A program made the translations under genes and the position numbers. A stretch of 64,000 bases of DNA from Camelus dromedarius (Eukaryota), in assembly GCF_036321535.1 (NCBI RefSeq), contig NC_087436.1, forward strand, positions 7,440,001 to 7,504,000, in the 5' to 3' direction. This document shows positions 1-10,880 of the stretch, in pieces; position 1 is the first letter of the stretch, and the number at the start of each line of letters is the position of its first letter. The notes beneath the pieces are model-generated. The model did no database searches, was not told where the DNA came from, and saw only the letters and a list, made by a program, of their open reading frames with translations.

Positions 1-442
1 ATCTGATGAAAGTTTATGTCTATATCTGTAAATAAATCTGTATCTGTATCCACATAAGCATGGAGGTTCAGGCAGGGATGGGAAAATGTCCCATCTTTCC
101 ATTTGTGCTTCAAAGACTGGCATTGGCCACCTTCCTAATTGAGCAATTAATGTCTGATGTGTATGTTTTAGCAAAGCATGTAAACATACACTTGGTTAAT
201 TTTCAGGTTTTCCTTTCTATTTTTTATTTTATTTATTTATACATTTATTGATTTATTATCTATCTACATATGTGTATATTTTATTTTATTTTATTACTAA
301 AAAATCACAAACTATACAAACTAAGCTACACTGGTGGTATATGTGTGTGGAAGCAGCATTTCCTCTGTGCTAGATTCCTTTTCCATTTGAAAACTGATAT
401 TCTTAACTGACTCATGACTTGAATTTTTAAAAATCTTTTTAT

Positions 443-2110
443 TATTTTTAATGTTTTAAATTGAAGTGTAGTTGATATACAACATTGTATAAGTTGCAAA
501 TGTACACTATAGTGATTCACAATTTTTAAAGGTAATAATCCATTTATAGTTATTTTAAAATACTGGCTATATTCCCAGTGTTGTACTATATTTTCTTGTA
601 GCTTATTTTATATCTATTAGTTTGTACCTCTTAATCTCCTACTCCTGTATTTGCACCCCCTCTTCCCTCTCCCTACTGGTAACCCCTAGTTTGTTCTCTA
701 TGTGAATCTGCTTCTTTCTTGTTATGTTCACTAGTTTGTTCTAATTTTTAGATTCCACATACAAGTGATATCATACAGTATTTGTCTTTCTCTGTCTCAC
801 TTATTTCACTTAGCATAATGCCCTATAAGTCCATTCATGTTGCTGCAAATGGCAAAATCTCATTCTTTTTTATCGCTGAGTAGTATTCCTTTGTATACCA
901 CTTCTTCTTTATCCAGTCATCTGTTGATGGACACTTAGGTTGCTTCCATAGCTTGGCTATTATAAATAATGCTCCTATGAGAATTGGGGTGCATGTATCT
1001 TTTTGAATTAGTGTTTTTTTGGGGGGGAGGGATATATACCCAGAAGTGAAACTGCTGGATCATAGGGTAGTTCTAATTTTTGGCGTTTTGAGAAACCTCC
1101 ATACTATTTTTCACAGTGGCTGCATCAATTTACATTCCCACCAGTATTGAGTGTACAGGGGTTGCCTTTTGTCCACATCCTCACCAACATTTGTTATTTG
1201 TGTTCTTTTTGATGATAGACATTCTGGCCAATAAGATATCTCACTGTGGTTCTCATTTCTAATTCCTTGATGATTAGTGATGTTGAGCATCTTTTCATGT
1301 GCTTGTTGGCCTTCTGCATTTCCTCTTTGGAAAAATGCTATTTCTTCGGCTCCTTTTTTAAATCAGGTTGTTTGCCAAAGCAAACAACAGATTCAATGCA
1401 ATCTTTATCAAAATGCCAATGACATTTTTTCACAGAACTAGAACAAAAAATTTAAAAATTTGTATGAAAACACAAAAGACCCCAAATAACTAAAATAATC
1501 TTAAGAGGAACAGAGCTGGAGGAATCAGGCTCCCTGACTTCAGACCATAATACAAAGCTACAGTAATCAAGACAGTATGGCACTGGCACAAAAAACAGAT
1601 ACATAGATCAATGCAACAGGACTGAAAAACCAGAAATAAACTCATGCACTTATGGTCAATTAATCTATGACACAGGAGACAAGAATATGCAGTGGAGAAA
1701 AGACAATCTCTTCCATAAGTGGTGCTAGGAAAACTGAACAGTTACATGGAAAAGAATGAAATTAGAACATTCTCTAACACTGTATACAAAAATAAACTCA
1801 AAATAGATTAAAGACCTAAATGTCAGACTAGATACCATAAAACTGCAAGAGGAAAACATAGGCAGAACACTCTCTGACATAAATCATAGCAGTGTCTTTG
1901 GGTCTGTCTCCCAAGCAAAGGAAATAAAAGCAAAAATGAACAAATGGGACCTAATTAAACTTAAACGCTTTTCCACAGGAAAGGAAATCATCAACAAAAT
2001 GAGAAGACAGCCTACTGAATGGGAAGAAATATTTGCAAATGATATATGACCAATAAGGGGTTAACATCCAACTTATATAAACAGCTCATCGAATTCCACA
2101 TCAGAAGAAA
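443..2110 (-). mobile_element. LINE-1 3' fragment with 5' inversion (twin priming)
   Basis: 443-1374 reads as antisense L1 3'UTR/ORF2 end. 1375-2110 reads as sense L1 ORF2 (..GGAATCAGGCTCCCTGACTTCAGAC..) and ends where the antisense arm resumes (CAAACAACCTGATT). Loose TSD AAAA(T/A)CTTTTTAT at ~430-442 and ~2110-2122. Confidence 0.85.
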
Positions 2111-2714
2111 AAAACTTTTTATGTAACTTTTTCCAGCATGAAAACCATTAAAATACTGAGAAAATTGCTTCAGATATCACTTCAACTGAATGTGTAGATA
2201 AACAACAAAAATGGACCTATCTTATGTATCAGAGATATTTCTTTCCAGTGATTTCATGATTAAGACTTCTATAAGCATAGTCAGCTTCAGTTTATGACCA
2301 TGTTTTATACAACATTAACCTCCTCGGGCCTCCATTCTGTGGTTACTAATTATTCTGTATTACTGTGTATACTTACATTTCATATGCTTGTAAACCTGAC
2401 CAAATAATTGCAGTACCTTCATTTTCTAATCAAAATCTCTCAGCCCTGCCTGTCTCCAGATTTCCTGGGACCCCTCACCTGTGTCCCAGTCCCAGTTTCT
2501 TTGTCTTGTCTGGAGAGGCCACTGCAGGATGTAACTTGCTATTTCTGCTCCTGTCCTTGAAAACGATGCTTCTCTCTGCTGATTCCTTTACTACTTACAG
2601 GGCTGTATTTTGCTATAACATGCTCTGTCTTGTTCATCATTTTATCCCAGCCCTCGGGATAGTATTTGGCAGGTAACTGTTCTGAAACTGTATGTAGGTT
2701 GTATGAACATTCAC

Positions 2715-2900
2715 ACATATTTACTGAGCGTCTAATATGTACCAACCCAGTGTCAGTAACTGAGGACACAACATGGACATGAGGGATGTTGGTCCCTCCC
2801 ACCCGGAGGGCGGTTTCAGTTCTCTGGAATATGCAGATGAGTGACCAGGCAACTGTCAATGCATCGTGGGATGCCAGGTGCCATGAGGGGGGAGTGCAGG
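2715..2900 (+). mobile_element. Degraded L2-like fragment
   Basis: ATTTACTGAGCGTCTAATATGTACCAA..GGTCCCTCCC.. resembles the L2 3' region as recalled. Confidence 0.5.
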
Positions 2901-3953
2901 GTGCTGGACACGCCAAAGGGGGACACCCAGCTTCTTCACGTAGGATCCCCCCAGGCTATGTTGGTCTGTAGAGAGCAGGTCACTTGGGTCAGATGTGTTT
3001 GGCTGGGGATGGACAGAAAAGGTCTTTTCTTCTCTGGGCCCAGGAATGCTGCCTCTTTGCACAAGTCTCTCCTTCAAAGAGAACTGAGTATCTCCACAAA
3101 TTCTAGGTCATTTCTGCTTTGGAGGTATAAAAAAAATGCATATTTTGAAAGTAGAAAACTAGTTCTTTGGAATACATTTCAGTTTCTAATTTACCACAAG
3201 AAAAATTCAGAGGAGAATTTAGATGTATCTTTTTTCCTTTACAAATGTAACATACTGAGCACAATGTCTGAAAACTACGATGAAAACCTAAGATTAATTC
3301 TTTTTCTTTTTGCAGAGCACTCGAGGAGAAAGTGCATCTCCCAATTCTTTTTAAGACCTACATTTCAGTGCTTTTTTTTTTTCTCTTCTTTTTTTGCTTG
3401 TTTAATCATTACTGGCAGGTGCACATGAGGATGTTGGTGGGGTTTCTTTCATTTCTGGCAAAGCATTTAGTATACAGTTTTATTTTTATGAAGTAAATTT
3501 CAATGGGACCAATATACTCTTTGGAACTCACTTAATATCACAGAGTGGGAGACCAGGATAAGAAACTCGTTTAAATGAACTTTTTTTTTCTCCTGTGCTG
3601 TATCATTCATATGCTAATATCCTGCCAAGTTTCAGTATGTATCCTAGTACTTTCGAAAGTATTTTATCTTCAGATGCCTCATTCGTGCTCATCAAAACAC
3701 AGTCAAATAAGAAAAATCTGGTTCACTTTCCAGCCCTTTTCTGATGAACACATTGTCACATTTTTACAAATAGAGTTAAAGTGTTTTATTAATTGCTTGA
3801 GTGTGTATATGAAACACATCAGCTACACTTTATTTAAATGAATAGAAATACATAGTATCTACACATTAAATAAAATTCCCCCAGGTTTTGGAAGTAAGTT
3901 TGTCAGAAAAATAGGACCAAGATTTTAACTATTATTAAAAATAGTAATATCAA

Positions 3954-4090
3954 GGTGGGGGTATAGCTCAGGGGTAGAGTGCCTGCTTAGCATGCACAAG
4001 GTCCTGGGTTCAATCCCCAGTGCCTCCATTAAAAATAAATAAAATAGATAAATAAATGTATTACCTTCCCCCTAAAAGTTAATAAGTAAA
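3954..4090 (+). mobile_element. tRNA-derived SINE, camelid Vic-1 type
   Basis: GGTGGGGGTATAGCTCAGGGGTAGAGTGCCTGCTTAGCATGCACAAGGTCCTGGGTTCAATCCCCAG. Pol III A box ~3964-3974, B box 4007-4017, (AAAT)n tail. Loose TSD AAAATA(G/C)TAAT. Confidence 0.85.
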
Positions 4091-4977
4091 TAAAATACTA
4101 ATGCTAGACTTACTATTTATATTATGACTAGAGGGTTTTTAAATTAATAGTAATGCATGCAGACTGTGTGAGTTCACAGATACAGTACATTTTTAAATAT
4201 ATATTTTTTCTAATGTAAACACTTGTTATTAAGCATGTTACCCTCTTTGGATAGAAGAAAATGGGTGTGCGTGAAATCTGTTCCTTTTCTCCAACCAGGG
4301 TGTCTTGTCAATGATCCCTAACGTCGTTTACTGTCATGTTATAGGTAGAAAATGGCAGTATTTATGGTGAACATGAAGGTCAATGAGAAGCTTTGATGGC
4401 CTCGAGGTGACCCCCTGGGCCTTGCCCGGCCGTCCAGGGACCCAGCCATCCAGGGCTGGGAGGCTCAATGTCTCAGCACTTCTGTGCACACTCAGGACAT
4501 GCCAGCTGGGAACACTAGACTCGTGTGCCAAGGGCAGGCCTGACAAAATCATGCCACATAACTACAAATGCAAACTTTGGGCTTTTTTTTCTCTTCTTTC
4601 TTTTTCTCCTTTTTCTCTTTCCTTCTTTCCTACTCTTTCCCTTTTTTAAAAAATGATATTCATGAGAATGCTTTTCTGAATAAAGCTAATAAAGCTTATT
4701 CTAAAATATTTGGATAATAAAAACAAACAAATAAAATAAAATTACCCCTAATTCCAATACCCCCTAATAACTGTGGTTAGACTACGTGTGTAAATTATGA
4801 TTATGTCGTACATAGTTTTCTGTGCTGCTTTTTTTTAAAACTGATGTTCTGTATACATTTCCCTATGTAACTGAACATAATTTTGTTTGTTGCAAGATAT
4901 TACATTAAGTGAATGTTCTGTCGTTGATTTTATAATTTATTTTGTTAATTAGAAGATTCTTATTTTTCCCTAGTATT

Positions 4978-5412
4978 TTTTTATTGAAGTACAGTCAGTT
5001 TGCAATGTTGTAGCAATTTCTGGTGCGCAGCATAATGCTTCAGTCATATAGGAACATACATCTATTCCTTTTCATATTCTTTTTCATTATAGGTTACTAT
5101 AAGATATTGAATATAGTTCCCTGTACTATGCAGTAGAAACTTGTTATTTATCTATTTTATATATGGTAGTTAGTATCTGCAAATCCTAAATTCCCAATGT
5201 ATCCTTTTCCACCCCCTTTCTACCCTGGTAACCATAAGTTTGTTTTCTATGTCTGTGAGTCTGTCTCTGTTTTGTAAATAAGTTCATTTGTGTCTTTTTT
5301 TTTTTTTAGATTCCACATATAAGTGATATCACATGGTATTTTTCTTTCTCCTTCTGTCTCACTTCACTTAGAATGACAGTCTCCAGGTCCATCCATGTTG
5401 CTGCAAATGCCA
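4978..5412 (-). mobile_element. 5'-truncated LINE-1 3' end
   Basis: Antisense L1 3'UTR (TTATTGAAGTACAGTC..TCCATCCATGTTGCTGCAAATG). TSD TTTTCCC(C)TAGTATT at ~4964-4977 and ~5413-5427. Confidence 0.9.
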
Positions 5413-7009
5413 TTTTCCCCTAGTATTGTAGCTAATGTGTTGATACATATCCTTAAACACAGTAAGGATGAATATCTAGAAGTTGAGTTGAGTTCTATTT
5501 TAGTCTCACTAGCTGCTGAAACATACCCCAAAATATTTGTGCTTAACTGGGGATGCTCTTGGTTCACATAAAGGCCAGTCAGGTTGAGGTGTGGTTTTGG
5601 GGGTGGGGGGGGCAGAGGGAAGGCCATTACTCAGTCCCAGAAAAATGGCGGCAGGTACTGCCCTTGTCACCATGTGGCTTTGGTGGTCACCAGGGAGCTG
5701 AGGCCCAACAACAGACTGGTGAAGAGAAGGAGAAGATGTAGATGGGTCAAGCCTGGAGGCAGAGCTCGGCCACAGCTGGACCACACCACATCACTAGGGG
5801 AGCTGGGAAGGCAATTCAGCTACCTAGTCGTCATCTCAAGATCACAGTTCTAAGCATATTTAAATTCCTCATCAATTATCCTAGGAAATATTTTACCCAA
5901 TGTATAGCCAAACAAAAATGTAGAAGAATGCTCGTTTTACCTCAACAATAATTGGCATATTTTTAAAAAGTTTTCTAGTCTTCAGGAAGAGTTAAAAAAA
6001 ATGCAGGACTTCTTTCTGTTGCTTTAAATAGCAACTCTTTGATTCCTAGTGAAGTTGAACATTTTCAATATGTTTATGGGCCATTTTTTTCTTTCTTTCT
6101 GAATTTTGAATTTATAAAGTTAAACATTTTTTCCTACTCAGGTGCACATCTTTTTCTTAGTAATTTGAAAAAGCTGCTTAGTAAAGTCAGGAAGATAATA
6201 GCACTTTTTTGATTGTTGATTTTTTGTTTTGAATCATTTTGAACTGATGACATTTTTCAGGAAAAAAGCCTGTAATTTTTATGGGATCAAATCTCATAGT
6301 GTATGTGTTCTGTCTCTTTTTCTGTGCCCAGCTCTTCTTTTCTAGCATGTTTTATTCCCTCTCTCTTTCTCTCTCTCGTTTTGTCCTCTTCTTAGTCCTT
6401 TTATTTCATCTTACACTCAGTCTGTTCCTGCTTTCCCCACTCTGATTATCACCCCCCAACATCACCCCTGCTCTGCCATCTCTATCAAAATTGACTGCTT
6501 CAGAGAGTCCTTCGGCTAAAAGAAGCTTTTAATTACATCTCTCATTATTAATACCCTTATTAAAATCCTTAATACGTGCCAGGAGCTCTTGAGTGCTTCA
6601 AATGCAGTATTTCATTTCATCTTAACATCACTTGGGTTAAAGAGGTTAGACCGCTTGTCCAAGGTCACACAACTGGTGAATAGCTGAGAATGGATCTGCA
6701 TCGCTGGAACTTGAAACATTCGAATCATTCTTCTGGGAGATAATTTGGGCAATGGCCTTTCCAATGCTACTTAAATTACAGTGTCGAGGTAGGATTCTCA
6801 GTGTGGTGGTGCTTGCGGCACAGATCCTAAGGCTCCCTTAACCCTAGAGTTTGAGTTTCCACCCAAAATCTGAAAATCTCTTTTCCAGAAGGTTCAGCCA
6901 CGAGGTATCCATTTCTTTCCATTCATCTTTGATGCAATGTTGCAGAATCAACTTTGATTCAAATGGAAAACCCTGTTACCCATCCCTTCAAGTAAAATGC
7001 CTTGCTTTT

Positions 7010-7772
7010 TTTTTTAACATTTTTATTGAGTTATAATCGTTTTATAATGTTGTGTCAAATTCCAGTGTAGAGCACAATTTTTCAATTATACATGAACATA
7101 CATACATTCATTGTCACATTTTTTTCACTGTGAGCTACCACAAGATCTTGTATATATTTCCCTGTGCTATACAGTATAATCTTGTTTACCTATTCTGCAT
7201 ATGCCTGTCAATATCTACAAATTTTGAAACCCCAGTCTGTCCCTTCCCACCCCCTGCCCCCTTGGCAATGACAAGTATGTATTCTATGTCTATGAGTCTG
7301 TTTCTGTTTTGTATTTATGTTTTGTTTAATTTTTTTTTTAGATTACTTATATGAGCGATCTCATATGATATTTTTCTTTCTCTTTCCAGCTTATTTCACT
7401 TAGAATGACATTCTCCAGGAGCATCCATGTTGCTGCAAATGGTGGTATGTTGTCAGTTTTTATGGCTGAATAGTATTCAATTGTATAGATATACCACAGC
7501 TTCTTTATCCAGTCATCTGTTGATGGACATTTAGGCTGTTTCCATGTCTTGGCTATTGTAAATAGTGCTGCTATGAACATTGGGGTGCAGGTGTCCTTTT
7601 GAAGTAGGGTTCCTTCTGGATATATGCCCAGGAGCAGGATTCCTGGGTTATAAGGTAAGTCTATTCCTAGTCTTTTGAGGAATCTCCATACTGTTTTCCA
7701 CAGTGGCTGCACCAAACTGCATTCCCACCAGCAGTGTAGGAGGGTTCCCTTTTCTCCACAGCCTCTCCAGGA
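7010..7772 (-). mobile_element. 5'-truncated young LINE-1 (ORF2 C-terminus + 3'UTR)
   Basis: ORF 7347-7715(-) [45 protein letters not shown] is the L1 ORF2p C-terminus. T tract at the left end. TSD TAAAATGCC(T/C)TGCTTTT at 6993-7009 and 7773-7789. Confidence 0.95.
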
Positions 7773-10644
7773 TAAAATGCCCTGCTTTTGAGACTTATTT
7801 CTAGGCTACATCCGAAATTGCTGGCATTGGTATTGGAGTTGACTAAACATCCTGTTGGCCCTCACGTCTTACAGCCTGATGGGGGAGGTTATCCACTTCC
7901 TATCCCTGGATTTGGACTATCTCCTTGTTCCTAAGATGGTAAGGATCTTGTGTTAACCTCTATTTCAGAATTCACATTTGACTCTGAATTCCCTGTTTGT
8001 TCAAGTCTTGTGGACCAGAAAGGTGTTGTAAAGATCTGAATCTCATCAGCGTGTTCTTTTCCTACACAAAACGATGGACTCTGAACAGATCCAGCGATGG
8101 TAAAGCTCAGTATGGAGGCTACTTGCATGACGTGTGGATTTAGGTATTTATGTTTCAAAATCAGGATCATTCTGGCCTTCCCACTCACTTCACTTTTAAG
8201 TTCTACAGCATCATTCACGTGGTTAACTGTGAGCATGATTATCCTTCCGTAGGACAGCTAGGTAAACGCTTATCCATTTTATTGTGTGTGTATTTTTGGT
8301 GGGGGAGGGGATGACAACATTCAGGTTTGATTGCATGCTGTTGATATAATTGTGAGAAGAAAACAAAGAAAACCGGAAACAGGCAACTGTTCCTCTCTGT
8401 GGTTGCAACATTTGATAGTAGGTAGAGTTTGAAACAGACCCGTCTGTAATAATTGAACCACCATTTTCTTTTTTACAGTGGGAGCGTAGCTCCAACAGAA
8501 CCAGGAAATATCACCGGAAATCAGCTGGGACTTTAAAATAGTCACATATCTTGTGACAATTAGCCTATAGAATTTTCTCATTACTTTAGAGTCTGATCCA
8601 GTAATTTCCTGGTCCACTGACAAGGCCATTCGTACATAGTCACAAAGAAAAATATTGTATTTAGAAGGCCTTCTGAATGAGAAATCTACTACTTCCTTTT
8701 ATGAATACTTTTTATATCAAAGAAATCAATATTAGGAAGTGTTTCTTTACATTTAATCTGAATTATAAGAAGCAATATTTACAACTCTCAGCAGCGTGGG
8801 TCACACTCTTAACACATCTTTAACTCATTTCATCTTTGCTTCTTGATATGTTCTCTAAATATAAGAAAATAAAGCTTTGAAAAGGAATGATATTTAACAC
8901 CTATATACAATGATTCTAAAATTATTTTTTTAAAAAAACTGTTTCAGCTAGGGAGCCAAGTGCTGTGTACAGAAATCTCAGATAAGGAGATATAAATATA
9001 TTCTTTCTGTTGATTTTGCTATTTTTGTTAAAGGTTGAAATTCCCTGAGAAGCCATCATTCCTGCTGCAAAAACAAAATTAAACTCAGTTCACTAGCTGT
9101 TAAATGCAGTTGCATTACCTTGAGTCAGAAGAACTTAATCCTTTCTTTAATTGTTTTCATCTACTTAAGTTTCTAATAAAATTCCTTAGACAAAAGTACA
9201 TTGTTCTTCTTTGGGTGGTAGTGGAAATTATGGGTCCTAAGTTTAATATCTGCAAAACATTTTCATTTTATAAGAAAGACTGATTTTGCTTAATATGCCC
9301 CACTAAAAATCTTTGTCTGCCTAAATGAGTTTGAGGTCATCTTTTTGCAAACTTTTTTAAAAAATGTAAGTCATATAGATTTTCCTTTTTTTAGTTGACT
9401 TTTTGGAGTACATTGGTTACAGCAGTATGAGTTTAAGGTAGTTGGAATGGGATGGAAATGTTGAGATGTATATATGTTTCCATAGAAATTACTCCATAAA
9501 TCTGTAAGAAATGCTCCGAGTGTGTTTGTGAATAATGTGTTGTGCTTCGAGTGGGATACATTTGTTCCTGGGCATATGCATTTTACAGAGCTCAGATTGA
9601 GTCTCCTGGATTGCACTGGAAAACATGTCAACTTTGTACAGTAGGTTTCTGGATATAGCACGTGTCTATTCAAGTTCAGTAACATAATCCAGTCTTCCTT
9701 TTGGGGCCAAAATGCTCATCTTTGACTGTACTCATTGTCATCCATCAAATCATATGAAAGTTACTGGATCAAAAACTAGATTTTCAGTTCCTAGAGCTTT
9801 TATAATACCCATACAACTCTGAATATTTCAAATGTATAGACTTTTTATAACACAGGAAACAGATTTTTATAACCTATTCCAGGCAACATTGTATATTTCA
9901 GAAGTCCTACGAATGTGATTCTATTCAGTTCCCCAAATCTCAAGAAAGTAGCATGTCTTTACAACAGACCCATGAGGGGGCCTATTTTTATGTTGTTGAA
10001 AGCTATTAGGAGTGTGATTGTGGCAAATCTCCTTAGAAGAGTGAAGAATATTCATGCAGAACTTTCTTCAAGTTCTTATTCAAAAACATTTGCTTGCAAG
10101 ATTACATCTATGCTAGACTAATGGGTTTTGGAATGGGGTGGGATTTTAAATTAGAATAATGTGTATCCTTTTTACTACTTTTTCTGAACGTTATTAACTT
10201 CCATGAATTAAAAAAAGACAACTGTGCAGACCTCTTTCAAGCTCACTTAAATTTCATCTAAGAAATAAATACAAAATATGTGCCCCCCCCCCCGGTGTAT
10301 ATTAAACGTAAGTTAGATTGATTTGAAATCTTAATGATAGGTTATTCAACTTTCTGCAAAACACAAGCCAATAATCACTCTGTCTATGCTCATTTTTAAT
10401 TAAAAAAACAAGAAATAGCATGATAGTCTTTTAACTCCATGGTTAATACTGTGGCAGATGCATAAAGTGATGCCTAAAAGGTTCATATACTGGAAACCAC
10501 TTCTCACTTTGTAGCAAATTAGTAAATAGGGTTTCTCCACGGGTGAAAGGGAGAAACCAATGGTTCTGCCTTTCGTAATGTACTGGTTTAACGTTAGGAA
10601 ACATACTAAATATATACCCTGTTATGGTTAAGAAATGTTAGTTA

Positions 10645-10880
10645 AGCGCACCAGATGGCGGCGCCCAGCGAAGTAGAGGCTCGTTCCTTTCCCCACTGCC
10701 CCTTTGGGCTAAAATCGCCGCGACCCCAGAGGCCGGGGGCCGGGCGGGGACAGGGGCACCTGCGTAGTTGGACCGCGAGCCTGCGCCCGGCCTGCGCCGC
10801 CCCCACCCGGCCCCGGCCCGGCCCGATCCCTTCCGGTCCCGGTCTCCTGGGTCTGACCCGTTGCCCGGCCGTGGTACGTC
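10645..10880 (+). promoter_or_regulatory. CpG-rich 5' segment of the RNF26 retrocopy with YY1/CTCF-like motif and GC boxes
   Basis: About 28 CpGs in ~235 bp by hand count. CCAGATGGCGGC at 10651-10662, GGGCGGGG at 10742-10749, CCGCCCC at 10797-10803. Confidence 0.55.

Noticed and set aside
3954..4027. Possible tRNA-Ala gene
   Set aside because: Degenerate stems, an (AAAT)n tail and a loose TSD indicate a tRNA-derived SINE.
7931..8629. Overlapping minus-strand ORFs and plus-strand acceptor-like sites (~8208, ~8478)
   Set aside because: No recognisable protein or coherent exon chain; lengths are compatible with chance.
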